Shown: piece by piece, positions 54,925 to 63,091 of the stretch | Numbering within the stretch: position 1 is the stretch's first letter | How the letters are laid out: every line of letters starts with the position of its first letter | Virus record (IMG/VR): IMGVR_UViG_3300025770_001492 | Span: 124,001 to 188,000 of that record | Strand: one strand, 5' to 3' | Length of the DNA stretch: 64,000 nucleotides | Program-made: the position numbers and the translations under genes | The notes under the pieces: model-generated | The model's input: the letters and a program-made list of their open reading frames with translations, nothing else | Database searches by the model: none | Told to the model about the DNA's origin: nothing

Positions 54925-55146
54925 TCATGTCATTCTAAAGTAATCTTCTAATTCAACCAACGCTGCTCGGATTTCTGAAGCCCGGTCAAGCTTGAAATAC
55001 TGGTCACCGATTGAAGTCCTTCTTAATACTTTGATGCAGATTGCCTCTAGTTGTTCATTTTTATCGGTCAGTCGCTTGATCTCCTCATCTTTGATTTCAA
55101 GCTGTTTGTCGAGCCATTGCTTCATTATCCATATTGAGTCATTCAC
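54925..55146 (-). CDS. hypothetical coiled-coil protein
   Basis: Overlapping operon arrangement. Confidence 0.55.
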   Translation of the reverse strand: MNDSIWIMKQWLDKQLEIKDEEIKRLTDKNEQLEAICIKVLRRTSIGDQYFKLDRASEIRAALVELEDYFRMT

Positions 55147-55324
55147 AGTTGCACATCCTTATTTTGTTTCTCATCCTCAAAATCACATCTGCCAGAAAAC
55201 AGCTTTCACAAATATGACCAACACTAGAATCACAAAATTCACATTCTTCAGTTCCATCAGAGCATTCTTTTTCCTCTGTTTTTAGGAGTTCCAATGCTGT
55301 TTGGATATCTTCATCAAGTGTCAC
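55139..55324 (-). CDS. small CxxC...CxxC protein
   Basis: CEFC...CESC; coupled to the upstream gene. Confidence 0.55.
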   Translation of the reverse strand: MTLDEDIQTALELLKTEEKECSDGTEECEFCDSSVGHICESCFLADVILRMRNKIRMCNCE

Positions 55325-55881
55325 TTGTATTTCCTGTATATCGCACTATTGTCGTTCCAGAGTGGGTCGCTTTCGTCGATATACGATTCGACTAAAGAGA
55401 TTTTATGCTCGTTTTTGTTTGCCCATTTTTCAAGCCCGCTCCAAGAGTCTTTTAAAAACCTCCAACAATCGGTCGGATATCCATGATACGGACCAGTGGA
55501 AGGAGCTTGGATATAAATTAATCCATCTTTTTTCAAAACTCTGCATATTTCTAAGAATGTAACCCAAAACATATCATCATGTTCAAAGCAGGAAGATGAT
55601 ATTATTATATCAAAAGATTCATCGCTGAATGGCATTTCATGCGCCGACCCAACCACATCGACGTTTCTGCCTGAATCTTGGTCTAACCCTATATATTCCT
55701 TAACCGGAACGCCACCGTCAGCAGGATTCCAGCGGCTAGGATCAATGAATATAGGTCGCATGTTAAACCCCTGAATATCCAGAGAACCCACGTCCAGAAC
55801 TGATTTGCCCTCTAACAGCGGATCATTCTTGCAATATTTTTCATAGAACATCAAAACGTTTTTCAGTGCAGATTTGTGCAT
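55321..55881 (-). CDS. class I SAM methyltransferase
   Basis: VLDVGS, YIGLD, FDIIISSSCFEHD, RVLK..G, YHGYP.DCWRF. Confidence 0.88.
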   Translation of the reverse strand: MHKSALKNVLMFYEKYCKNDPLLEGKSVLDVGSLDIQGFNMRPIFIDPSRWNPADGGVPVKEYIGLDQDSGRNVDVVGSAHEMPFSDESFDIIISSSCFEHDDMFWVTFLEICRVLKKDGLIYIQAPSTGPYHGYPTDCWRFLKDSWSGLEKWANKNEHKISLVESYIDESDPLWNDNSAIYRKYK

Positions 55882-56071
55882 TTTCTATAACCACTTTTAT
55901 TTTTTTTCCGACTTGAATAATGTCTCCGACATGGAATTCGTGTTCCATATTCAGATTTTGAACCGGAAATCCATTTAGCTTTATAGCTTGATCAGAAACA
56001 AGCCTTCGGCCCTCAGCCATACTAACTAAAGCCTTATTTTTAAGCAATATCTCATTTATCGTAGTTTTCAT
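55841..56071 (-). CDS. stand-alone S4 RNA-binding domain (TyrRS C-terminal-like)
   Basis: LVSMAEGRRLV...AIKLNG...GDIIQVGKK. Confidence 0.75.
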   Translation of the reverse strand: MKTTINEILLKNKALVSMAEGRRLVSDQAIKLNGFPVQNLNMEHEFHVGDIIQVGKKIKVVIENAQICTEKRFDVL

Positions 56072-56304
56072 CTCTGTTCTTTCCGAAATTAGAGGAAACC
56101 CATTTATTTTGAAGCATGTTAGCATAAATATTAACATGCTTCAACGTTATCACACAACTGCTCCGATGGCATAATGAATTCAATTTGGGAAAATTAATGA
56201 GTCTCACCGAACCCACTTGACAGATCTGAAAAAATCTATACAACTTTGGAACGATGTTGACTATTATGTCATTACGTGCTGTAACTTAATGTAAGGAGTT
56301 AGTT

Positions 56305-56649
56305 ATGAAAAACGCAGCTAAGTTTTCGTTAATGGCGGCAGTTGTTCTGTCTACCATGACAATTATGAGTGCCGACGCAGATGCAGGATTGTTCTGTCGT
56401 CAGCCAGTTCGAACAATGTTGAAAAACACTGTTTGCCGAGTTAAAACTTGTCGTCCCGTTCGATCAATGGCTTGCAATACAGCCTGTCGAGTTCGCACGG
56501 TCAAGCCGGTTCGAAGAGTTCTTCGTGGCTCAGTGAATGTTGTTCGTTCTGTTTTGCCACCGTATGGTTGTTGTAATAGTTGTTCAACTGCAACTGTAAC
56601 AGAAACAGAAACACAAAAAGCACCTGCACCTGCACCTCCTGCTAATTAG
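56305..56649 (+). CDS. secreted Cys/Arg-rich protein with PVR repeats
   Basis: AAGGAG RBS; signal peptide ending ADA; QPVR/RPVR/KPVR; own terminator. Confidence 0.8.
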   Translation: MKNAAKFSLMAAVVLSTMTIMSADADAGLFCRQPVRTMLKNTVCRVKTCRPVRSMACNTACRVRTVKPVRRVLRGSVNVVRSVLPPYGCCNSCSTATVTETETQKAPAPAPPAN

Positions 56650-56676
56650 CAGGAAGCTAGGTTAAAGTAAAAGAGC

Positions 56677-56704
56677 AAAAAGCCCGCCATTCGGCGGGCT
56701 TTTT
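56677..56704. terminator. bidirectional intrinsic terminator
   Basis: A5-GCCCGCC-ATTC-GGCGGGC-T5. Confidence 0.9.
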
Positions 56705-56707
56705 CTA

Positions 56708-56935
56708 TTATCTATTACACTCATCGCATGGATATCGAGTATCGTCCGAATAGCAGTCATGTGGATCATTTGCTGGCCCATCATAGTGGTTCAACTCATG
56801 CGACCAAACCCATCCAGAGTCATTGCACTTTTCGCACAATGGGTATGGGCAATTTTTGCATCCATTATGACAGCATTTCTTTTGCTTGAGCAGGAACTCT
56901 CTGCTGAATGGTTGTTTTTCATATGAGTTTTTCAT
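56708..56935 (-). CDS. small Cys-rich protein (DUF5522-like)
   Basis: FLL....CCHNGCKNCPY plus two further CxxC. Confidence 0.6.
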   Translation of the reverse strand: MKNSYEKQPFSREFLLKQKKCCHNGCKNCPYPLCEKCNDSGWVWSHELNHYDGPANDPHDCYSDDTRYPCDECNR

Positions 56936-57785
56936 ATTTGTCCCATATATCATCTAAGTTTTCAGTAGGCTGAAATCTTTGATAATAAGAAGAGAAGTGT
57001 GCCATGATGGGTCCTGCGTGTACGCAGTTTATTTTTCCTAGTCTTTTAGGGATTGCCTTCGTAAGATCTAATTCTTCATTCATTGCGACACTTTTGAATT
57101 GTCCTCCAAACCAACTGATGCAATTAATGAGAACTCTTTCCTGCTGTCTAAGCAGGACATTTCCTATTTTGTATTTTTCTAAATTGTTATTTTTTACATC
57201 TTCAATGAATTGATTATGTATATCGCATATAGCTCTGCCTTTATAAAAGCAGTTTGTACAGTTCCATTCATATTTGCAATCTTTCAGGGATTCCAAATCT
57301 AGGACTTTTCTTTGATATAAAATGTAATTTAAAAAAGGACTATTCACGATCAGCGGATAGACCAGCAGATATTCTTCGTTTTCGACTCTGAACTTCAGTA
57401 GTTCTTCGATTGCGTTATCTTGCATGTAGCAGATATCATCATCGAATCTAATATAGACTGCATTTTCATCTCTGCAATATTTGAAAAAGTTGTGTATTCT
57501 ATAGCATCTGTACCCATGATCTCTGTGGGAGCAGAATTTGTGCTGTTCTTCAGGAAACTCCCAAGCCTTATCATTTGCTTCTTTTATTTCTATTTTTGGA
57601 TTTTCACTTTTCATTTGATGAATATAATCGACATCTTCTGGGTTATCGGTATTAAGCCAGATTTGCCACTCATCAATGATGTCGCACTTTTCTACATATT
57701 TTCTTAATAGTTTTAAGTTTTTCTTTCGTCCTGCCGGTGTTACGGCAACAACTTTGTATATTTTACTTTTTCCTGAAATAGGCAT
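56919..57785 (-). CDS. GT-A fold glycosyltransferase-like protein
   Basis: VTPAGR, WLNT, YIRFDDDI, IVN, INCI.W.G, HFS...Q. Confidence 0.7.
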   Translation of the reverse strand: MPISGKSKIYKVVAVTPAGRKKNLKLLRKYVEKCDIIDEWQIWLNTDNPEDVDYIHQMKSENPKIEIKEANDKAWEFPEEQHKFCSHRDHGYRCYRIHNFFKYCRDENAVYIRFDDDICYMQDNAIEELLKFRVENEEYLLVYPLIVNSPFLNYILYQRKVLDLESLKDCKYEWNCTNCFYKGRAICDIHNQFIEDVKNNNLEKYKIGNVLLRQQERVLINCISWFGGQFKSVAMNEELDLTKAIPKRLGKINCVHAGPIMAHFSSYYQRFQPTENLDDIWDKYEKLI

Positions 57786-58425
57786 GTACTGATCCTTGAA
57801 GTGTTTTTACATTTAAATCATTTATTGTTTCTGGTTTGTCGTTTAAAAATTCATCCACGGCTTCTTTTGCTCCAGGAAAATCTATTAAACCATAGTCATC
57901 TATCACGCAAACAGAACCCTTTGTCAGTCTAGGATAGACGCCTTCAATGCTTGTCTTAATAGATTCATACAAGTCTCCGTCTAAATGTGCAAAACATATT
58001 TGATCGGGAAGATGTTTTGGAACTGTATTTTCAAACCAGCCTGGAATTACTTTTTTGCATCCTAATAGATCGAATACCGAAAGATTTTTAAGAAGAACGT
58101 CTGGTGATGTTGCAAACATGCCGGGTTTTGCCCAAGGATGATTTTCGTATTTCCATGGACCACCTCGGCTAGGCTTGTCTTTTTCGGAAAAATCAGGCAA
58201 TCCTTGAAATGAATCAAGTAGATATAGATCTTTGTCAGATTTTTGCCACTCCATTACTGCCGCTATTACTCTTGTGGATAATCCGTCGCATGTCCCCAAT
58301 TCAGCAACATCGCCTTCCACGCCATATTCCAGCACTTGAGTAACAAGGTGGTAATGGTTCATTAGACGAGAAGAATTCATCCTTGGGTCGTTGATATTTA
58401 ATAGGGCTTTTATTTTATTGTTCAT
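57763..58425 (-). CDS. TylF/MycF/NovP-family O-methyltransferase
   Basis: GDVAELG, DSFQGLP, PGWFENT, AHLDGDLYES, IDDYG. Confidence 0.9.
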   Translation of the reverse strand: MNNKIKALLNINDPRMNSSRLMNHYHLVTQVLEYGVEGDVAELGTCDGLSTRVIAAVMEWQKSDKDLYLLDSFQGLPDFSEKDKPSRGGPWKYENHPWAKPGMFATSPDVLLKNLSVFDLLGCKKVIPGWFENTVPKHLPDQICFAHLDGDLYESIKTSIEGVYPRLTKGSVCVIDDYGLIDFPGAKEAVDEFLNDKPETINDLNVKTLQGSVHAYFRKK

Positions 58426-58484
58426 TTTTAGATCCTTCGATTTTAAATTAGTAGAATTTCGATTTTAATCATAAATAATGTATC

Positions 58485-58913
58485 ATGAATTTTAAAGACT
58501 TTATTGTATCAGAAGAAGATATGGCACCGATGGGAGACCCTATGGGCGGTGGAATGCCGATGGGAGACCCTATGGGCGGTGGAATGCCGATGGACCCTAT
58601 GGGTGGAGCACCCCCAATGGACCCTATGGGAGGGATGGGTGGAGGAGCACCCCCAATGGACCCTATGGGAGGGATGGGTGGAGGAGCACCAGGCGGCGTT
58701 CAACCACCAATACAATTTAAACCTAATTCTGTTTGGGATGTTTTAGATAAAATATTAAATGGAGAGCCTGTTAACGATAAAGAAGATGAAGAAAAAGAAA
58801 AAGAAAAAGAAGTAGATCAATCTGGACAAGAAAATTTAGATATGTTAAGTTCCCCTCAACAGCAAGAACCGGGAATGGCCCCCACTGGTCAAGTTGAGAA
58901 TCCTCAGCTTTAA
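58485..58913 (+). CDS. Met/Gly/Pro repeat protein, capsid-targeting-like N-terminus
   Basis: MNFKDFIVSEE; (PMGDPMGGGM) and (APPMDPMGGMGGG) repeats; TAAATA 7 nt upstream of ATG. Confidence 0.8.
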   Translation: MNFKDFIVSEEDMAPMGDPMGGGMPMGDPMGGGMPMDPMGGAPPMDPMGGMGGGAPPMDPMGGMGGGAPGGVQPPIQFKPNSVWDVLDKILNGEPVNDKEDEEKEKEKEVDQSGQENLDMLSSPQQQEPGMAPTGQVENPQL

Positions 58914-58945
58914 ATAAACATATTATTTTTTACTAGTGGTGATAT

Positions 58946-60070
58946 ATGGTGGACAAAACCCCCAATGCAGTTGGAAGAGTTTTGCTGTTTTCTGATTTGC
59001 ATATCCATCCTCACAAGCGAAAAACAGAACGTCTTGAGGATTGTCTAAAAGTTTTGGAATGGGTTTTCGATACTGCCATCGAACGAGGAATTGAAAACAT
59101 TCTCTTTGGCGGCGATCTTTTCCATGACAGGCAAAAAATAGATGTCTTAACTTATCAGCGAACATTCGAGATATTTGACAAAAAGATATCAGAATGGAGA
59201 AAGGGCAACGGCGAAGCCAAAATTTGGCTTTTGTTGGGCAATCATGATTTGTGGCACCTTAAAAAACATGATGTGTCTAGCGTGTACCCCCTTGCTGCTA
59301 TAGATGGCGTTGAAATTATTTCAGAACCCTGTACTCGAACTATTTGCTCGAACTCTGAGGGAGAAGAATTTCAGGTTAGCTTTCTTCCGTACACGCACAA
59401 TCCGCCTGAAGATCTTGGAAAAATAGAAAATAAGTCTGAGAACAAAGTTTTAGTCGGGCATATAGCAATTGATAATGCTGTCTGGAACAGACTCCACGGA
59501 ACTCGTTCAGAAGTTTCAATTGAACACGATGGAGACATGATCAAAGTTGACACTAAAATATTTGACGGATGGAATCAGGTATTTCTAGGACACTACCACG
59601 CAGAGCAACAGTTGGATTTCAATACTGAGTACATAGGAAGCCCTTTGCAGTTGAGTTTTGGAGAGGCTTTTCAACACAAACACATAGTCCAATTCGATTT
59701 AAAAAACAACGACAAAGAATATATCAGAAACACATTCAGTCCTCAGCATTTTATAATTCCAGAAGCCGATTTGGAAAAATATGTTTTAGATAATAATTTT
59801 ATCAGAGTTCTTGTGGAAGATATATCTGATTCTAAAACTATAGAGATGAGGCAAAAGCTGACTGAAGACAACGATGTCGGCAGTTTGGAAATTCAGCAAT
59901 CATCAAAGAAAAAAGAAGAACACATAGTCGAGGATGCTAAGGCTATTTTGTTCAAAGAAGAAGAAATGTTAGATCAATACGTTGATGAAGTAGAGAAGGG
60001 TTCTGGTTTGGACACACTGGAAAAAGAACATCTGCTAGAAATTGGTAAGAATATATTACAGTCAGAGTAA
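58946..60070 (+). CDS. Mre11/SbcD-like nuclease (T4 gp47-like)
   Basis: SDLH, GGDLF, GNHD, GH, GHYH, YIGSP. Confidence 0.92.
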   Translation: MVDKTPNAVGRVLLFSDLHIHPHKRKTERLEDCLKVLEWVFDTAIERGIENILFGGDLFHDRQKIDVLTYQRTFEIFDKKISEWRKGNGEAKIWLLLGNHDLWHLKKHDVSSVYPLAAIDGVEIISEPCTRTICSNSEGEEFQVSFLPYTHNPPEDLGKIENKSENKVLVGHIAIDNAVWNRLHGTRSEVSIEHDGDMIKVDTKIFDGWNQVFLGHYHAEQQLDFNTEYIGSPLQLSFGEAFQHKHIVQFDLKNNDKEYIRNTFSPQHFIIPEADLEKYVLDNNFIRVLVEDISDSKTIEMRQKLTEDNDVGSLEIQQSSKKKEEHIVEDAKAILFKEEEMLDQYVDEVEKGSGLDTLEKEHLLEIGKNILQSE

Positions 60071-60079
60071 GATTTTAAA

Positions 60080-60952
60080 ATGAAAGACGCAATAATTTCT
60101 TGGGCTAGTGGTTACGATTTCTGCCGCTTACCGGAATTCAATATATTTCTAAACTCTATTAGAAGATCTGGCTTCAAGGGCGACGTTGTTCTGTTTAGTC
60201 ACGATCTCGATGATGAAATCCATGACAAATTTTTGTCAATGGACTACAAGATAGTGATGACGGAGAAAGATAGAGTTCATTTGGTTGTAAGAGACAGGTT
60301 TTTACTGCTTTATGAATGGCTAATAAAGAACGGGGACAATTATGACAACATCATAATGACAGACTCAAAAGACGTACTCTTCCAAAAAAATCCTTCTGAC
60401 TACTTTTACATGAGGCAACTTTGTGCAGAAGGTGACAGGCCATTCACGAATCTGGGTGAAGAACAATCAATGAGCCACCAAGAACTTGAGAAATACGTTC
60501 TTTTGTGTTGCGAGGGAAGTGTCCACTACAAAAGCGAATGGAATTCTCAGAATCAAATTCGACTGCAAATGAATGTAGATGAATTCAAAATGCCTTTTAT
60601 TAAAAGGCCAATAATTAATTCTGGATTCATCGCAGGAAGTCCAGAAGAATTGAAAAATCTATGTTTATTAATGTGGTCAAATTCTATCAGAACTGTTACA
60701 AAATTAAGTGAACAGGCAACTCTTAATTATCTTTATTTCTTTTTAGAGAAAGACCCCATTTACAAGCTTTATTATCCTCAAGACGATCCGTTTTGCTTGA
60801 CAGGAGAAGGCGTTAAGCAAGGGTGGGTTGAATGTACAAAAATGAAAAAAGACGGATTAGTTTACAATTCTGAAACGGATATGCCTTACTTTGCTTTCCA
60901 CCAATGGGAAAGAACCCAATATAGAGATGAAATAATGGAGATGTATTCATGA
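60080..60952 (+). CDS. glycosyltransferase-like protein
   Basis: DRF, MTDSKDVLFQ.NP, INSGFI.G, EQA.LN, HQW. Confidence 0.65.
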   Translation: MKDAIISWASGYDFCRLPEFNIFLNSIRRSGFKGDVVLFSHDLDDEIHDKFLSMDYKIVMTEKDRVHLVVRDRFLLLYEWLIKNGDNYDNIIMTDSKDVLFQKNPSDYFYMRQLCAEGDRPFTNLGEEQSMSHQELEKYVLLCCEGSVHYKSEWNSQNQIRLQMNVDEFKMPFIKRPIINSGFIAGSPEELKNLCLLMWSNSIRTVTKLSEQATLNYLYFFLEKDPIYKLYYPQDDPFCLTGEGVKQGWVECTKMKKDGLVYNSETDMPYFAFHQWERTQYRDEIMEMYS

Positions 60953-62982
60953 TAGATCTGAAATTTAACTTTGTTGCAGCACAAAACTTTCTTTGTTTTG
61001 GGCCTGAAGGTATTGAGGTAGACCTTACAGAATACGGAAATATCATTTTGATTCGTGGAGAAAACATGGATGTTTTCGAAGAAGAAGAGAAAGTGTCTTC
61101 AAATGGCGTTGGGAAGTCCTCAATACCAGAAACGATTGTGTATACCCTTTATGGCAAAACAATAAAGCAACCCAACAAATTAAGTCACAATAATGTGATT
61201 AATAATAAGACTGGGAAGAAATTAAGAACAGAGGCCAGATGGGATAACTTTAGAGTTATTAGAACTAGAAAGCCTGATTCATTGAGAATTTGGGAGTCTC
61301 CAGACGGAGATTGGAGTCAAATTGATAATGAAGGATGGGCAGACCAACATGAGATTTCTTTAGGAGGCATGCCCGCTACTCAGAAGTTAATAGAAGAAAA
61401 GATTGGTTTAAACTATCAAACATTTGTCAATGTGGCTGTCTTTACAGACAATAACTCTGGATCTTTTTTAGAATGCGATACTCCAACTAAACGTCAAATC
61501 GTAGAAAACTTATTAAGCTTAGACAAATATAGGCATTATTCTGAGACCGCTAAAAAGTCTAGAAATGAATTTAAAGAAAATATAAAATTAATTTCATCTG
61601 AGTATGATCGAGTTCTTGGTGATAAAACATCGTGCGACAATAGGTTAAAGCAAGCGAAAGAAGAAGAAGTATCTTGGAAAAAAGATAAAGAACAAGAGAT
61701 AGTCACATTAAAGGCTTTTATAGAAAAAACAAAGTTAAAATTAGCCGAAACGGATTTGGGCGATGCGATTAATGAATACAGAAGTGCCCAAGAGGAAATA
61801 GAGACCATTGATTTGTCAATTAAAGAAAAAGATTCAGTTCTAGCAAAGGTTAAGACTTTGTTGGACAAGGCTACCGAAAAGTTAAATTCTGAATCTGTTT
61901 TAAAAAATGATTCGTTTAATAAAATAAACTCACTATCAAGCTCTATAGCATCTTTGCAACGAGAAGTTTCTAAAAATGAAAAAACTATAGAAAATTATGA
62001 ATCTAAGAAGGACACCAAATGCCCCACATGCTTGGGATTTGTCAAAGAAGAAAATTACATTTCTTTAGTAGATTCATGTAAAGAGATTATATCATCGAAG
62101 AATTCAGAGATAAACAATCTCACAACGCAAAAGAACACAGAAGATGCGGCTTTTCAAAAACAAGAATCTTCGATATCTAAAATAAACGAAAGCATAAATA
62201 CTGGACAAAACCATTATCGTTTACATTCAAAGCAGATAGACGACTTTAGAAATAGAAGATCTATCTTAGAGAAGATAGAAAAGCCAGAAGGCGATGTTCA
62301 AACAGCGGTTTTAACTTCTAAAATAGATGAATCAAAAAAACAAATAGTAAATATAGAAGAGCAAATAAAAGGAACGTCTCCCTATGAAGCAATCATCAAG
62401 AGATGTAAAGAAGAGTTTTTAAGCAAAGAAAAGGAATGTTTATCTAAAAGAACAGAATTGAAAAAAGCTGAGAAAGAATTGCCTTACTATGAATTCTGGG
62501 TTAAAGCTTTTGGAGATTCTGGAATTAGGAAGATTGTAGTAGACGGCATAGTGCCAGCACTTAACTCTAGAGTGTCCCATTGGTTACAATTTTTAATTGA
62601 TGGAAAAATTTCTTTATCTTTCAACAATCAGTTTGAAGAAACCATTGATAGAAATCCAAAAGATGGCGATCCTTTTGTTTACTACGCAATGAGCGGCGGC
62701 GAAAGGAGAAGGCTTAATTTAGCTGTTTCTCAAGCGTTTGCACACGTCATGATGCTTAACTCTGGGGCTTCACCATCTTTAGTATTTTTGGATGAAGTTA
62801 CCACAAACATCGACCCAATTGGTGTCCAAGGCGTCTACAATATGATTGTCGAACTATCGAATCATAAACAAGTCTTTGTTACAACTCATGACCATGATTT
62901 ATTGGACATGTTATCTGGTTGTAAAAGTATTAATTTAAAGAAAATTAACGGATTCACAACGCTCTGTGATGACCGTAATTAA
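60949..62982 (+). CDS. Rad50/SbcC-like ATPase (T4 gp46-like)
   Basis: NGVGKSS, coiled coil with CPTC hook, MSGGE, FLDE, TTH. Confidence 0.93.
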   Translation: MIDLKFNFVAAQNFLCFGPEGIEVDLTEYGNIILIRGENMDVFEEEEKVSSNGVGKSSIPETIVYTLYGKTIKQPNKLSHNNVINNKTGKKLRTEARWDNFRVIRTRKPDSLRIWESPDGDWSQIDNEGWADQHEISLGGMPATQKLIEEKIGLNYQTFVNVAVFTDNNSGSFLECDTPTKRQIVENLLSLDKYRHYSETAKKSRNEFKENIKLISSEYDRVLGDKTSCDNRLKQAKEEEVSWKKDKEQEIVTLKAFIEKTKLKLAETDLGDAINEYRSAQEEIETIDLSIKEKDSVLAKVKTLLDKATEKLNSESVLKNDSFNKINSLSSSIASLQREVSKNEKTIENYESKKDTKCPTCLGFVKEENYISLVDSCKEIISSKNSEINNLTTQKNTEDAAFQKQESSISKINESINTGQNHYRLHSKQIDDFRNRRSILEKIEKPEGDVQTAVLTSKIDESKKQIVNIEEQIKGTSPYEAIIKRCKEEFLSKEKECLSKRTELKKAEKELPYYEFWVKAFGDSGIRKIVVDGIVPALNSRVSHWLQFLIDGKISLSFNNQFEETIDRNPKDGDPFVYYAMSGGERRRLNLAVSQAFAHVMMLNSGASPSLVFLDEVTTNIDPIGVQGVYNMIVELSNHKQVFVTTHDHDLLDMLSGCKSINLKKINGFTTLCDDRN

Positions 62983-63091
62983 TAATGATTTTTTTTTATA
63001 AAAAAACAAATCATAAGCTTTAGATAATGTTCCCCATACACTCAAATATAAAACTTAAATAATTTTTAAAAGAAAAAAAAGAGGACAAAAT

